Shown here one piece after another: positions 1 to 11,300 of a DNA stretch of 44,568 bases (position 1 is the stretch's first letter; the number at the start of each line of letters is the position of its first letter). The stretch spans positions 1 through 44,568 of the forward strand of contig UYFQ01000513.1 of NCBI GenBank assembly GCA_900617105.1. Reading direction: 5' to 3'. This DNA comes from Hydrurus foetidus. Lineage: Eukaryota. The translations under genes and the position numbers were made by a program. The notes under the pieces were generated by a model. It had not been told where the DNA came from. It made no database searches and saw only the letters and a list, made by a program, of their open reading frames with translations.

Positions 1-2
1 AC

Positions 3-791
3 TCTATCGTGGAGAGGATAAACAAGGAGATCAACAGGGACCTCCGCGCGTTCACTTTCGACACGATTGACATCGAGCAGTATAAGCTCTGTCTGCCTTT
101 TGTGCAGCGCATCATCAACTGCTCCTTACACAAGGCTACTGGTGCTGCACCTGCCCACATTCTGTTCGGAGGCCGGCTGAACTTGGAAAGAGGTATCCTG
201 CTCCCTTTCAACGTGGACACACCTTTAAACAAGACCGAGTCCAAGATTATGGCGGACATCCTCAACATTCAAAACCAGATCATCATAATAGCCCAGAAAA
301 GCCTCAAGAAAAAAGACGAAGACAGGCTCGCTAACCAGTCCCCCATTATGGTGTTCCCTGACGGTTCGTTTGTCCTCGCCCACTACGATACAGGCCCACC
401 CACTCGGCTACACACCAAGTTGCAAGGCCCCCTGGAGGTCATTTCCCACACGGACTCGGAGTACACTTTAAGGCACCTGGTCTCAAAGAAGATGAAGAAA
501 ATCCACGCCAGCAAGTTGAGGCAGTTCATCTTCGACCCCAACATAGTAGAGCCCCTTGACATAGCCCGCAGAGACTACATGGAGTACTTCATCGAGACGG
601 TACTCGCGCATCGTGGTGACCCACTGCGCGTTTCATCCCTCTGGTTCCATATCAAGTGGCTCAATTACGACGACACGCATAACATGTGGGAGCCCTGGTC
701 TGGAGTTCGGCTCACAGACGCCCTGCACTCCTACCTCAAGACAGTCAACCTAAGCCGCCTCATTCCAAAGACGGTCACTGCAGAAGACTAA
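3..791 (+). CDS. Pol C-terminus (partial): end of integrase catalytic core, GPY/F-like region and chromodomain
   Basis: SIVERINKEI matches the NxxVERxN motif carrying the third DDE residue. It is followed by HKATGAAPAHILFG, LQGPLEVI (GPY/F-like), IHASKLRQF and a chromodomain YFIETVLAHR...FHIKWLNYDDTHNMWEP. The frame is open from the window start. Confidence 0.92.
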   Translation, partial: SIVERINKEINRDLRAFTFDTIDIEQYKLCLPFVQRIINCSLHKATGAAPAHILFGGRLNLERGILLPFNVDTPLNKTESKIMADILNIQNQIIIIAQKSLKKKDEDRLANQSPIMVFPDGSFVLAHYDTGPPTRLHTKLQGPLEVISHTDSEYTLRHLVSKKMKKIHASKLRQFIFDPNIVEPLDIARRDYMEYFIETVLAHRGDPLRVSSLWFHIKWLNYDDTHNMWEPWSGVRLTDALHSYLKTVNLSRLIPKTVTAED

Positions 792-1060
792 GCCCCAGGA
801 CGTGCACCGGCGTGATATTTTTTGAAAATTCCCCCTCATTTCCCATTGGGTTCAGGGGGTTTAGTCAGTAAAAACCTGACATACCCACGCCGGTGGCATC
901 ACAAGAACGGACGGACCGCCTTACTTCTGGACTAAAGATCTATCCCCGCCGCTCTCTCTTCTTTTTTTTACATTGCTGTAATTCACTTTTCTGTTGTAAA
1001 TATTTTCCTGTATATGTGTGTTAGCATGTTAAGAGAGCAGAGATTAAGGGCATAGATTTT

Positions 1061-1080
1061 GAAGAAATAACTAGGGGTAG
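1061..1080 (+). promoter_or_regulatory. Putative polypurine tract of the left retroelement
   Basis: GAAGAAATAACTAGGGGTAG directly precedes TGTAGTGG at 1081. Confidence 0.55.
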
Positions 1081-1301
1081 TGTAGTGGTTCCAGGGTCTC
1101 CGGACCACGGAACCTCTTTCGGTACATACGTGCTTGTAGATGTATGGTAGTTTGAGATGTCAATCCTGACATCGCGAACCTTTCAGTGCAACCTTTCAGT
1201 TGTTTATCCCATAGACAGCTTCTACCCGTTGTAACTCTAAGAGAGCTCTTCTTGCCAAAACATTCCACTTTCCAACCCCCTTCGGACCACAGTGAAACAC
1301 A
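1081..1301 (+). repeat. Putative 3' LTR of the left retroelement (~220 bp)
   Basis: Starts with TGTAG right after the PPT and ends at ...ACACA (1301; CCACA at 1291 is an alternative end) just before host low-complexity DNA. The partner LTR is outside the window. Confidence 0.55.
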
Positions 1302-1313
1302 ATAATAATGCAC

Positions 1314-1421
1314 TTCTCATCTCATCGCATCTCATTTCATGCTATCTTATTCAATCTCATCCTATCCCATCTCATTTCATTTCATTTCATCTCATCTCAT
1401 CATCTCATCTAATCTCATCTT
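1314..1421. repeat. Degenerate pentanucleotide microsatellite (TCTCA/TTTCA)n, probably intronic
   Basis: Runs of ctcat/ttcat/cttat that abut a minus-strand GTAAGA/GTATGT splice donor at ~1423-1427. Confidence 0.85.
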
Positions 1422-1423
1422 AC

Positions 1424-2858
1424 ATACTGTGGTGTCCAAGAACGAGAACTTAAGTTTCACAGTATGAGCTGTCTCACTGTCGATGAAGACGTTCTGGAGA
1501 AGGGCATATCTTACGAATTTCAATTGCTGGGCATAAATGGCTCTCCGACGAGACAGCTCCGTCGAGGACAAAGCACAGTTCTGGACCAGGTTTTGCTCGT
1601 ACATGCTCAATTGGAAGAACTGTAACGTATGTACCGCATCGTACCGTACCGCGCAAAACATGCAAGTTGTAAGTTGCTCAACATGCTTGCTGCATACCAC
1701 CGTAGAAATGATACGGCCCGCTGCTCACGTGTGGAATCTGTCGGAGGATCAAATTGATTACTGTCCATGCCGATATCTTAAATTCTTCAGTGCATTTCTC
1801 AGCTAATAGGATGCATAATTCATAATTCAGAATTCAGAATACGGTATGTAGTACTGTAGAAGGGACGTGATGTACCTTCGAGAATTCAGTTTCTGATTAA
1901 TCTAAGATTTATCGATGTATCCACTATCTTGTCTGCTAAATGATGAGACGAATTTGGATATATCTAAGCTGTAATCGTCAGCTTTCCAGTTAGCTGCTTG
2001 TGCAACTTGTGAAAGCTAATCACTGAAGATAATTGAATTTCTCCTATCGGCAACCTCCATTCAATCGTAATACAGCAATCCAGGGGAAAACTTCTTTTGA
2101 TGTGTTGCAGTAGAGCTGTTGTACCGCCATGGGTAGCACCCGAAGCTTGCTCTCTTCATTCTCTGCTGGACCATGAAGGCGATTCTGCTGTTTGATGTTC
2201 CTGTGTCTGCTGAGGAAACGATATCAAATGGTTCGGTACTTCAGTGATGGTCTCCCACCTTACTTACTCTCAAGGCAAAAAATCGAAACGAATTCATGGT
2301 AATCACCCTAAAACTGGCTTCTTGATCTGATAACGCAGACGCGGCTTTTCTGTAACATTTATACTAATACTCATGAAATGAAATCACGTAAGCTGATCAG
2401 CATTAAACTCTTCAGAGCAGTGCATTTCCATCTGTGACTTTTAATGCTTGCGAGTTCTGCAAATTTTGAGTCATTGAGGCCCAGAGAAGCAAATAAATAC
2501 CATCTTTAACGTCCAGGTCAGGATAACCGCCACTGCGACTGCAGAAGGTCTTCGATGCAACCGATCTCTCGCTAATCTTTGCGGCATCTTCAATTTCACG
2601 CAGTGAAGGAACAGCAACGATTGATATTCTCCTGTCCTCTACAACCACAATTGCTGGTGGAGGCTTGCTGTTGATAATCATCTGGCGTTTGATTGATTCA
2701 AACGATGGGGAAGTGACGGTATCGGTGACGGTACTGCATGTAGACAGGCAATGCTGCCTGCGATGGCTGGAAAGACCGATGCCCTTGAATGCTATCGTTG
2801 CCTTTGTCATAAGCAATATGAGCAATCCTAATGCGAGCTGTGCTGTGAGAGATTTCAT
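1424..2858 (-). pseudogene. Multi-exon host gene of unknown function with a bipartite (signal + plastid transit) presequence; apparently disrupted
   Basis: ATG 2858 gives MKSLTAQLALGLLILLMTKATIA-FKGIGLSSHRRQH (hydrophobic core, A|F cleavage, S/R/H-rich stretch). Minus-strand splice signals occur at ~1875 (AAG/GTACAT), ~1805 (TATTAG/), ~1697 (GTATGC), ~1620 (TTACAG/) and ~1423. I could not join the exons without stops or frameshifts. Confidence 0.5.
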
Positions 2859-3198
2859 GATAGGAATTGATTGGCGCTCTAGACTTTCACAAATCTAGCA
2901 TCCAAAACTTGGCACCAATCTCAGCTGCTTGCGGTCACCCGATGAGTATTGGCTCGGAAATGCGGTTTGGTGGTATAAAATACATAGCAGCGACTCGTGA
3001 ACAACTTCAAACCCATCTCAACTCTCTACTCATCTCCCCACAATTCGAATCGTGACTCTCGATGTCTCCTCACTCCTCACCGTCACCGTCAGTAGTGACG
3101 TCCAAATTGTTACCCGGATTTTTAAGATACGTACGCGTGATATTCTGCGAAGGAATTTCCCCGGAAATTTTTAGGAAAATTCGTTGGGATATATTGTA

Positions 3199-3560
3199 CC
3201 GTCGAGTGCCCTTTGTTTGTCCTCAAATGTGGTATTAGGATTTATCGGAAATACACTGAAAATCACGGAAAACTTTCTCCCCGTTTTCATGTGGGAAATT
3301 TTGACCTCTGTCAAAATCACTGTTTTCGCTCCAAAATGGGCGATTTTGAACTCGAATAGCTGCTGAGCCAAAGATCAGTTACAAGATCTATCAAGATCAT
3401 AATGTCTCACGTATCCCAAAGTTGACGATTCTCGAAGAAAGTTGAGTTGCGCTTCACTGCTACTCTTGAAACGTGCAAAAATGATCATATTTTGGCTGAT
3501 ATCGAAGGAAATAAAAAACCGTAATACCACATTTGAGGACAAACAAAGGGCACTCGACGG
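3199..3560. mobile_element. MITE (non-autonomous DNA transposon), 362 bp, with 39-bp perfect TIRs
   Basis: CCGTCGAGTGCCCTTTGTTTGTCCTCAAATGTGGTATTA at 3199-3237 and its exact reverse complement at 3522-3560. Both sides are flanked by TATATTGTA (3190-3198, 3561-3569). Confidence 0.9.
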
Positions 3561-3725
3561 TATATTGTACCTTCCCACCATATACAGTACTCCACTCCTG
3601 TACCGTACTGCCGTACAGTACTGTACCACAGCCTGTTTTACGGAGTTTAATTCCGGTTATGGAAAGTACCGAATGGCTCGCTTTTGCCTATCGTGGTGCG
3701 CGTTTAGCAATCTATTGCGTTCATT

Positions 3726-3830
3726 TATCTGTTTATCATAGCTATCTACCTACTTACATATCTACCTATCTATCTAACTATCTATATATTTATCTATTTA
3801 TCCATTTATCTATCATGCATCTATCTATTT
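3726..3830. repeat. Degenerate (TATC/TCTA)n tetranucleotide microsatellite
   Basis: Runs of tatc/tacc/tatt tetramers. Confidence 0.8.
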
Positions 3831-4140
3831 GTGCATATTAATGACTCAAACAAAATAAAAATAAAAGAGTTGATCTCCGCAATGCATGAGCAAAGATTGA
3901 GTTCCTTAACCAGACAACGCTGATTCGTTCACAAGAGATGACATCTGTCTGTATTGAACTCACTCACTGTAGTGAATCAATTGTATAATCCGACACTTGA
4001 TGAAAAGTCTTGAGGGGATTATTCAGCAATTTCAGGCAGCAGAGCGGAAATGCGGAGAACGGTACTAATATCATATTTGTGAACACGTAAAACATGTCTA
4101 GCATATGCGAGTGAACACGATTCTATGATTGTGAGCTCGA

Positions 4141-4318
4141 GGGACGTGCCCAATTGCTGATCCACTTTTAATCTGGGCCCGTCCCTCTAAACGACAATTT
4201 ATACACACTATCTGTACCGTACGTTTCCAATTTTCAGTACGGTACAGATAGTGTGTATAAATTGTCGTTTACAAGGATGTGTCCAGATTAAAAGGGGATC
4301 AGCAATCAAACACGTCCC
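4141..4318. repeat. Long inverted repeat / hairpin (~82-bp arms, 14-nt loop)
   Basis: Perfect 35-bp inner arms at 4188-4222 and 4237-4271. Imperfect outer arms pair GGGACGTG/CACGTCCC, ATTGCTGATCC/GGATCAGCAAT and TTTTAATCTGG/CCAGATTAAAA. Confidence 0.9.
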
Positions 4319-5345
4319 GTGAGATGCAATTAATTTTCTGTCTTTTTATCAATGGAGGAGGCTTCGTAAGGACCGTCTGTATATAGCCTTATTCACATAA
4401 AAATATGGGTGGGGGTCCTCACAAAAAATTATCTTGCTGTCCGATGTAAGTACGTGAAATCTGTTCAGCACTTCGGACATAGATGTGCGCCCAAAAATTG
4501 GATTTCCGGATTATTTCCATTTATTCGAATTAGCACACGGTACAGTACATCATATGATATCTGATATCATGTGACATCATATTACATCGTATGATAAGAT
4601 AGGGCCTACCCTTTTACTGTGTAAGTTGACGTTAAAATACTGATGTAGACGTCGTATGACGACATGACCAGTGGCCTGTGACTCAAGGTGATGCTGCCAC
4701 GTGCTAAATCGTGATTGCTGTTACATCCATCGGAACAATATAGTAGGTTGCGTAGTCAATGTAACGTACGTACTGCGTAAGATCGTGAGATTAAACGAAT
4801 TGCACCGTTGACTACAGTAGGCATCCGGCTCCGAATCCATTCTATTCCATTACATCCGATCTTCTTGTCAGTGCATCAATGAAGAGCTGACAATGTAAGG
4901 GGCTAAAGAAGAATTCAAACCTTCTGGTGAATACTGAAGACTACTTATTTTGAATAACACAGAATTAAAGCGTTAAGATAATAAAAAGTATTGAATAAAT
5001 CGTGATAAAGAAATACTTCAATAGGCATTCGTAACACACGGAATAAAATTGAATAGAATAGAGATAATTTCGCGTAGTCTCAGCTTGACTAAGATATCAT
5101 GCTGGCCAGTACTTTAAACACTAAAATAAAATAAGTGGAACAAAAGAGTAAAGAGATAAAAAAACAAAGAATCAACACACAAAAATATAAAACGCAGTAA
5201 CTCAAAAAAGCAAATAACACTAAAGCCGAAAAATATATATAATCAAGAATGAAATAATGACGTATATCATGTAAAACCAGCTATATGATGCAATAAAAGA
5301 AAACTCAATAAAAGCATTGTAACAAAAGCTAGATGAAAAAACAAA

Positions 5346-8300
5346 CTAAACTGTCAATAAAAAAACAGATGACATCGATGGGGCACAGCTTGGTGACGCC
5401 GAAGGCGACTCAGACGGTGACCACGATGGCTCCATGCTAGGCACGTATGTAGGCGATGTCGAAGGGGCACGATGTAGGCTGGGCTGTAGGTGACGACGTA
5501 GGTGCCATCGATGGGGCACAGCTTGGTGACGCCGAAGGCGACTCAGACGGTGACCACGATGGCTCCATGCTAGGCACGTATGTAGGCGATGTCGAAGGCA
5601 CAGATGTAGGCTGGGCTGTAGGTGACGACGTAGGTGCCATCGATGGGGCACAGCTTGGTGACGCCGAAGGCGACTCAGACGGTGACCACGATGGCTCCAT
5701 GCTAGGCACGTATGTAGGCTGGGCTGTAGGTGACGACGTAGGTGCCATCGATGGGGCACAGCTTGGTGACGCCGAAGGCGACTCAGACGGTGACCACGAT
5801 GGCTCCATGCTAGGCACGTATGTAGGCTGGGCTGTAGGTGACGACGTAGGTGCCATCGATGGGGCACAGCTTGGTGACGCCGAAGGCGACTCAGACGGTG
5901 ACCACGATGGCTCCATGCTAGGCACGTATGTAGGCTGGGCTGTAGGTGACGACGTAGGTGCCATCGATGGGGCACAGCTTGGTGACGCCGAAGGCGACTC
6001 AGACGGTGACCACGATGGCTCCATGCTAGGCACGTATGTAGGCTGGGCTGTAGGTGACGACGTAGGTGCCATCGATGGGGCACAGCTTGGTGACGCCGAA
6101 GGCGACTCAGACGGTGACCACGATGGCTCCATGCTAGGCACGTATGTAGGCTGGGCTGTAGGTGACGACGTAGGTGCCATCGATGGGGCACAGCTTGGTG
6201 ACGCCGAAGGCGACTCAGACGGTGACCACGATGGCTCCATGCTAGGCACGTATGTAGGCGATGTCGAAGGCACAGATGTAGGCTGGGCTGTAGGTGACGA
6301 CGTAGGTGCCATCGATGGGGCACAGCTTGGTGACGCCGAAGGCGACTCAGACGGTGACCACGATGGCTCCATGCTAGGCACGTATGTAGGCTGGGCTGTA
6401 GGTGACGACGTAGGTGCCATCGATGGGGCACAGCTTGGTGACGCCGAAGGCGACTCAGACGGTGACCACGATGGCTCCATGCTAGGCACGTATGTAGGCT
6501 GGGCTGTAGGTGACGACGTAGGTGCCATCGATGGGGCACAGCTTGGTGACGCCGAAGGCGACTCAGACGGTGACCACGATGGCTCCATGCTAGGCACGTA
6601 TGTAGGCTGGGCTGTAGGTGACGACGTAGGTGCCATCGATGGGGCACAGCTTGGTGACGCCGAAGGCGACTCAGACGGTGACCACGATGGCTCCATGCTA
6701 GGCACGTATGTAGGCTGGGCTGTAGGTGACGACGTAGGTGCCATCGATGGGGCACAGCTTGGTGACGCCGAAGGCGACTCAGACGGTGACCACGATGGCT
6801 CCATGCTAGGCACGTATGTAGGCTGGGCTGTAGGTGACGACGTAGGTGCCATCGATGGGGCACAGCTTGGTGACGCCGAAGGCGACTCAGACGGTGACCA
6901 CGATGGCTCCATGCTAGGCACGTATGTAGGCTGGGCTGTAGGTGACGACGTAGGTGCCATCGATGGGGCACAGCTTGGTGACGCCGAAGGCGACTCAGAC
7001 GGTGACCACGATGGCTCCATGCTAGGCACGTATGTAGGCTGGGCTGTAGGTGACGACGTAGGTGCCATCGATGGGGCACAGCTTGGTGACGCCGAAGGCG
7101 ACTCAGACGGTGACCACGATGGCTCCATGCTAGGCACGTATGTAGGCGATGTCGAAGGCACAGATGTAGGCTGGGCTGTAGGTGACGACGTAGGTGCCAT
7201 CGATGGGGCACAGCTTGGTGACGCCGAAGGCGACTCAGACGGTGACCACGATGGCTCCATGCTAGGCACGTATGTAGGCTGGGCTGTAGGTGACGACGTA
7301 GGTGCCATCGATGGGGCACAGCTTGGTGACGCCGAAGGCGACTCAGACGGTGACCACGATGGCTCCATGCTAGGCACGTATGTAGGCTGGGCTGTAGGTG
7401 ACGACGTAGGTGCCATCGATGGGGCACAGCTTGGTGACGCCGAAGGCGACTCAGACGGTGACCACGATGGCTCCATGCTAGGCACGTATGTAGGCTGGGC
7501 TGTAGGTGACGACGTAGGTGCCATCGATGGGGCACAGCTTGGTGACGCCGAAGGCGACTCAGACGGTGACCACGATGGCTCCACGTGGCACGTACAGGCC
7601 TGTAGGTGACGACTAGGTGCCATCGATGGGGCACAGCTTGGTGACGCCGAAGGCGACTCAGACGGTGACCACGATGGCTCCATGCTAGGCACGTATGTAG
7701 GCTGGGCTGTAGGTGACGACGTAGGTGCCATCGATGGGGCACAGCTTGGTGACGCCGAAGGCGACTCAGACGGTGACCACGATGGCTCCATGCTAGGCAC
7801 GTATGTAGGCTGGGCTGTAGGTGACGACGTAGGTGCCATCGATGGGGCACAGCTTGGTGACGCCGAAGGCGACTCAGACGGTGACCACGATGGCTCCATG
7901 CTAGGCACGTATGTAGGCTGGGCTGTAGGTGACGACGTAGGTGCCATCGATGGGGCACAGCTTGGTGACGCCGAAGGCGACTCAGACGGTGACCACGATG
8001 GCTCCATGCTAGGCACGTATGTAGGCTGGGCTGTAGGTGACGACGTAGGTGCCATCGATGGGGCACAGCTTGGTGACGCCGAAGGCGACTCAGACGGTGA
8101 CCACGATGGCTCCATGCTAGGCACGTATGTAGGCTGGGCTGTAGGTGACGACGTAGGTGCCATCGATGGGGCACAGCTTGGTGACGCCGAAGGCGACTCA
8201 GACGGTGACCACGATGGCTCCATGCTAGGCACGTATGTAGGCTGGGCTGTAGGTGACGACGTAGGTGCCATCGATGGGGCACAGCTTGGTGACGCCGAAG

Positions 8301-11300
8301 GCGACTCAGACGGTGACCACGATGGCTCCATGCTAGGCACGTATGTAGGCTGGGCTGTAGGTGACGACGTAGGTGCCATCGATGGGGCACAGCTTGGTGA
8401 CGCCGAAGGCGACTCAGACGGTGACCACGATGGCTCCATGCTAGGCACGTATGTAGGCTGGGCTGTAGGTGACGACGTAGGTGCCATCGATGGGGCACAG
8501 CTTGGTGACGCCGAAGGCGACTCAGACGGTGACCACGATGGCTCCATGCTAGGCACGTATGTAGGCTGGGCTGTAGGTGACGACGTAGGTGCCATCGATG
8601 GGGCACAGCTTGGTGACGCCGAAGGCGACTCAGACGGTGACCACGATGGCTCCATGTGGCACGTATGTAGGCTGGGCTGTAGGTGACGACGTAGGTGCCA
8701 TCGATGGGGCACAGCTTGGTGACGCCGAAGGCGACTCAGACGGTGACCACGATGGCTCCATGCTAGGCACGTATGTAGGCGATGTCGAAGGCACAGATGT
8801 AGGCTGGGCTGTAGGTGACGACGTAGGTGCCATCGATGGGGCACAGCTTGGTGACGCCGAAGGCGACTCAGACGGTGACCACGATGGCTCCATGCTAGGC
8901 ACGTATGTAGGCTGGGCTGTAGGTGACGACGTAGGTGCCATCGATGGGGCACAGCTTGGTGACGCCGAAGGCGACTCAGACGGTGACCACGATGGCTCCA
9001 TGCTAGGCACGTATGTAGGCATGTCGAGGCACAGATGTAGGCTGGGCTGTAGGTGACGACGTAGGTGCCATCGATGGGGCACAGCTTGGTGACGCCGAAG
9101 GCGACTCAGACGGTGACCACGATGGCTCCATGCTAGGCACGTATGTAGGCGATGTCGAAGGCACGATGTAGGCTGGGCTGTAGGTGACGACGTAGGTGCC
9201 ATCGATGGGGCACAGCTTGGTGACGCCGAAGGCGACTCAGACGGTGACCACGATGGCTCCATGCTAGGCACGTATGTAGGCTGGGCTGTAGGTGACGACG
9301 TAGGTGCCATCGATGGGGCACAGCTTGGTGACGCCGAAGGCGACTCAGACGGTGACCACGATGGCTCCATGCTAGGCACGTATGTAGGCTGGGCTGTAGG
9401 TGACGACGTAGGTGCCATCGATGGGGCACAGCTTGGTGACGCCGAAGGCGACTCAGACGGTGACCACGATGGCTCCATGCTAGGCACGTATGTAGGCTGG
9501 GCTGTAGGTGACGACGTAGGTGCCATCGATGGGGCACAGCTTGGTGACGCCGAAGGCGACTCAGACGGTGACCACGATGGCTCCATGCTAGGCACGTATG
9601 TAGGCTGGGCTGTAGGTGACGACGTAGGTGCCATCGATGGGGCACAGCTTGGTGACGCCGAAGGCGACTCAGACGGTGACCACGATGGCTCCATGCTAGG
9701 CACGTATGTAGGCGATGTCGAAGGCACAGATGTAGGCTGGTAGGTGCCATCGATGGGGCACAGCTTGGTGACGCCGAAGGCGACTCAGACGGTGACCACG
9801 ATGGCTCCATGCTAGGCACGTATGTAGGCTGGGCTGTAGGTGACGACGTAGGTGCCATCGATGGGGCACAGCTTGGTGACGCCGAAGGCGACTCAGACGG
9901 TGACCACGATGGCTCCATGCTATGTAGGCGATGTCGCACAGATGTAGGCTGGGCTGTAGGTGACGACGTAGGTGCCATCGATGGGGCACAGCTTGGTGAC
10001 GCCGAAGGCGACTCAGACGGTGACCACGATGGCTCCATGCTAGGCACGTATGTAGGCTGGGCTGTAGGTGACGACGTAGGTGCCATCGATGGGGCACAGC
10101 TTGGTGACGCCGAAGGCGACTCAGACGGTGACCACGATGGCTCCATGCTAGGCACGTATGTAGGCGATGTCGAAGGCACAGATGTAGGCTGGGCTGTAGG
10201 TGCCATCGATGGGGCACAGCTTGGTGACGCCGAAGGCGACTCAGACGGTGACCACGATGGCTCCATGCTAGGCACGTATGTAGGCTGGGCTGTAGGTGAC
10301 GACGTAGGTGCCATCGATGGGGCACAGCTTGGTGACGCCGAAGGCGACTCAGACGGTGACCACGATGGCTCCATGCTAGGCACGTATGTAGGCTGGGCTG
10401 TAGGTGACGACGTAGGTGCCATCGATGGGGCACAGCTTGGTGACGCCGAAGGCGACTCAGACGGTGACCACGATGGCTCCATGCTAGGCACGTATGTAGG
10501 CTGGGCTGTAGGTGACGACGTAGGTGCCATCGATGGGGCACAGCTTGGTGACGCCGAAGGCGACTCAGACGGTGACCACGATGGCTCCATGCTAGGCACG
10601 TATGTAGGCTGGGCTGTAGGTGACGACGTAGGTGCCATCGATGGGGCACAGCTTGGTGACGCCGAAGGCGACTCAGACGGTGACCACGATGGCTCCATGC
10701 TAGGCACGTATGTAGGCTGGGCTGTAGGTGACGACGTAGGTGCCATCGATGGGGCACAGCTTGGTGACGCCGAAGGCGACTCAGACGGTGACCACGATGG
10801 CTCCATGCTAGGCACGTATGTAGGCTGGGCTGTAGGTGACGACGTAGGTGCCATCGATGGGGCACAGCTTGGTGACGCCGAAGGCGACTCAGACGGTGAC
10901 CACGATGGCTCCATGCTAGGCACGTATGTAGGCGATGTCGAAGGCACAGATGTAGGCTGGGCTGTAGGTGACGACGTAGGTGCCATCGATGGGGCACAGC
11001 TTGGTGACGCCGAAGGCGACTCAGACGGTGACCACGATGGCTCCATGCTAGGCACGTATGTAGGCTGGGCTGTAGGTGACGACGTAGGTGCCATCGATGG
11101 GGCACAGCTTGGTGACGCCGAAGGCGACTCAGACGGTGACCACGATGGCTCCATGCTAGGCACGTATGTAGGCTGGGCTGTAGGTGACGACGTAGGTGCC
11201 ATCGATGGGGCACAGCTTGGTGACGCCGAAGGCGACTCAGACGGTGACCACGATGGCTCCATGCTAGGCACGTATGTAGGCTGGGCTGTAGGTGACGACG

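Larger units (their letters stand above)
1..1301 (+). mobile_element. 3' end of a Ty3/Gypsy (chromovirus-type) LTR retrotransposon, truncated by the window edge
   Basis: Integrase C-terminus plus chromodomain ORF, followed by a 3' UTR, a purine-rich tract and a TG-starting LTR-like segment, in canonical order. Confidence 0.88.

Noticed and set aside
3171..3841. Short ORFs at 3171-3841
   Set aside because: They overlap the MITE and the TATC microsatellite and have no protein-like features.
5040..5345. Possible transmembrane or GPI-anchor tail after the array
   Set aside because: The hydrophobic translations come from T-rich sequence and are interrupted by stops in the frames I read. It is more likely a 3' UTR, although a small spliced terminal exon cannot be excluded.
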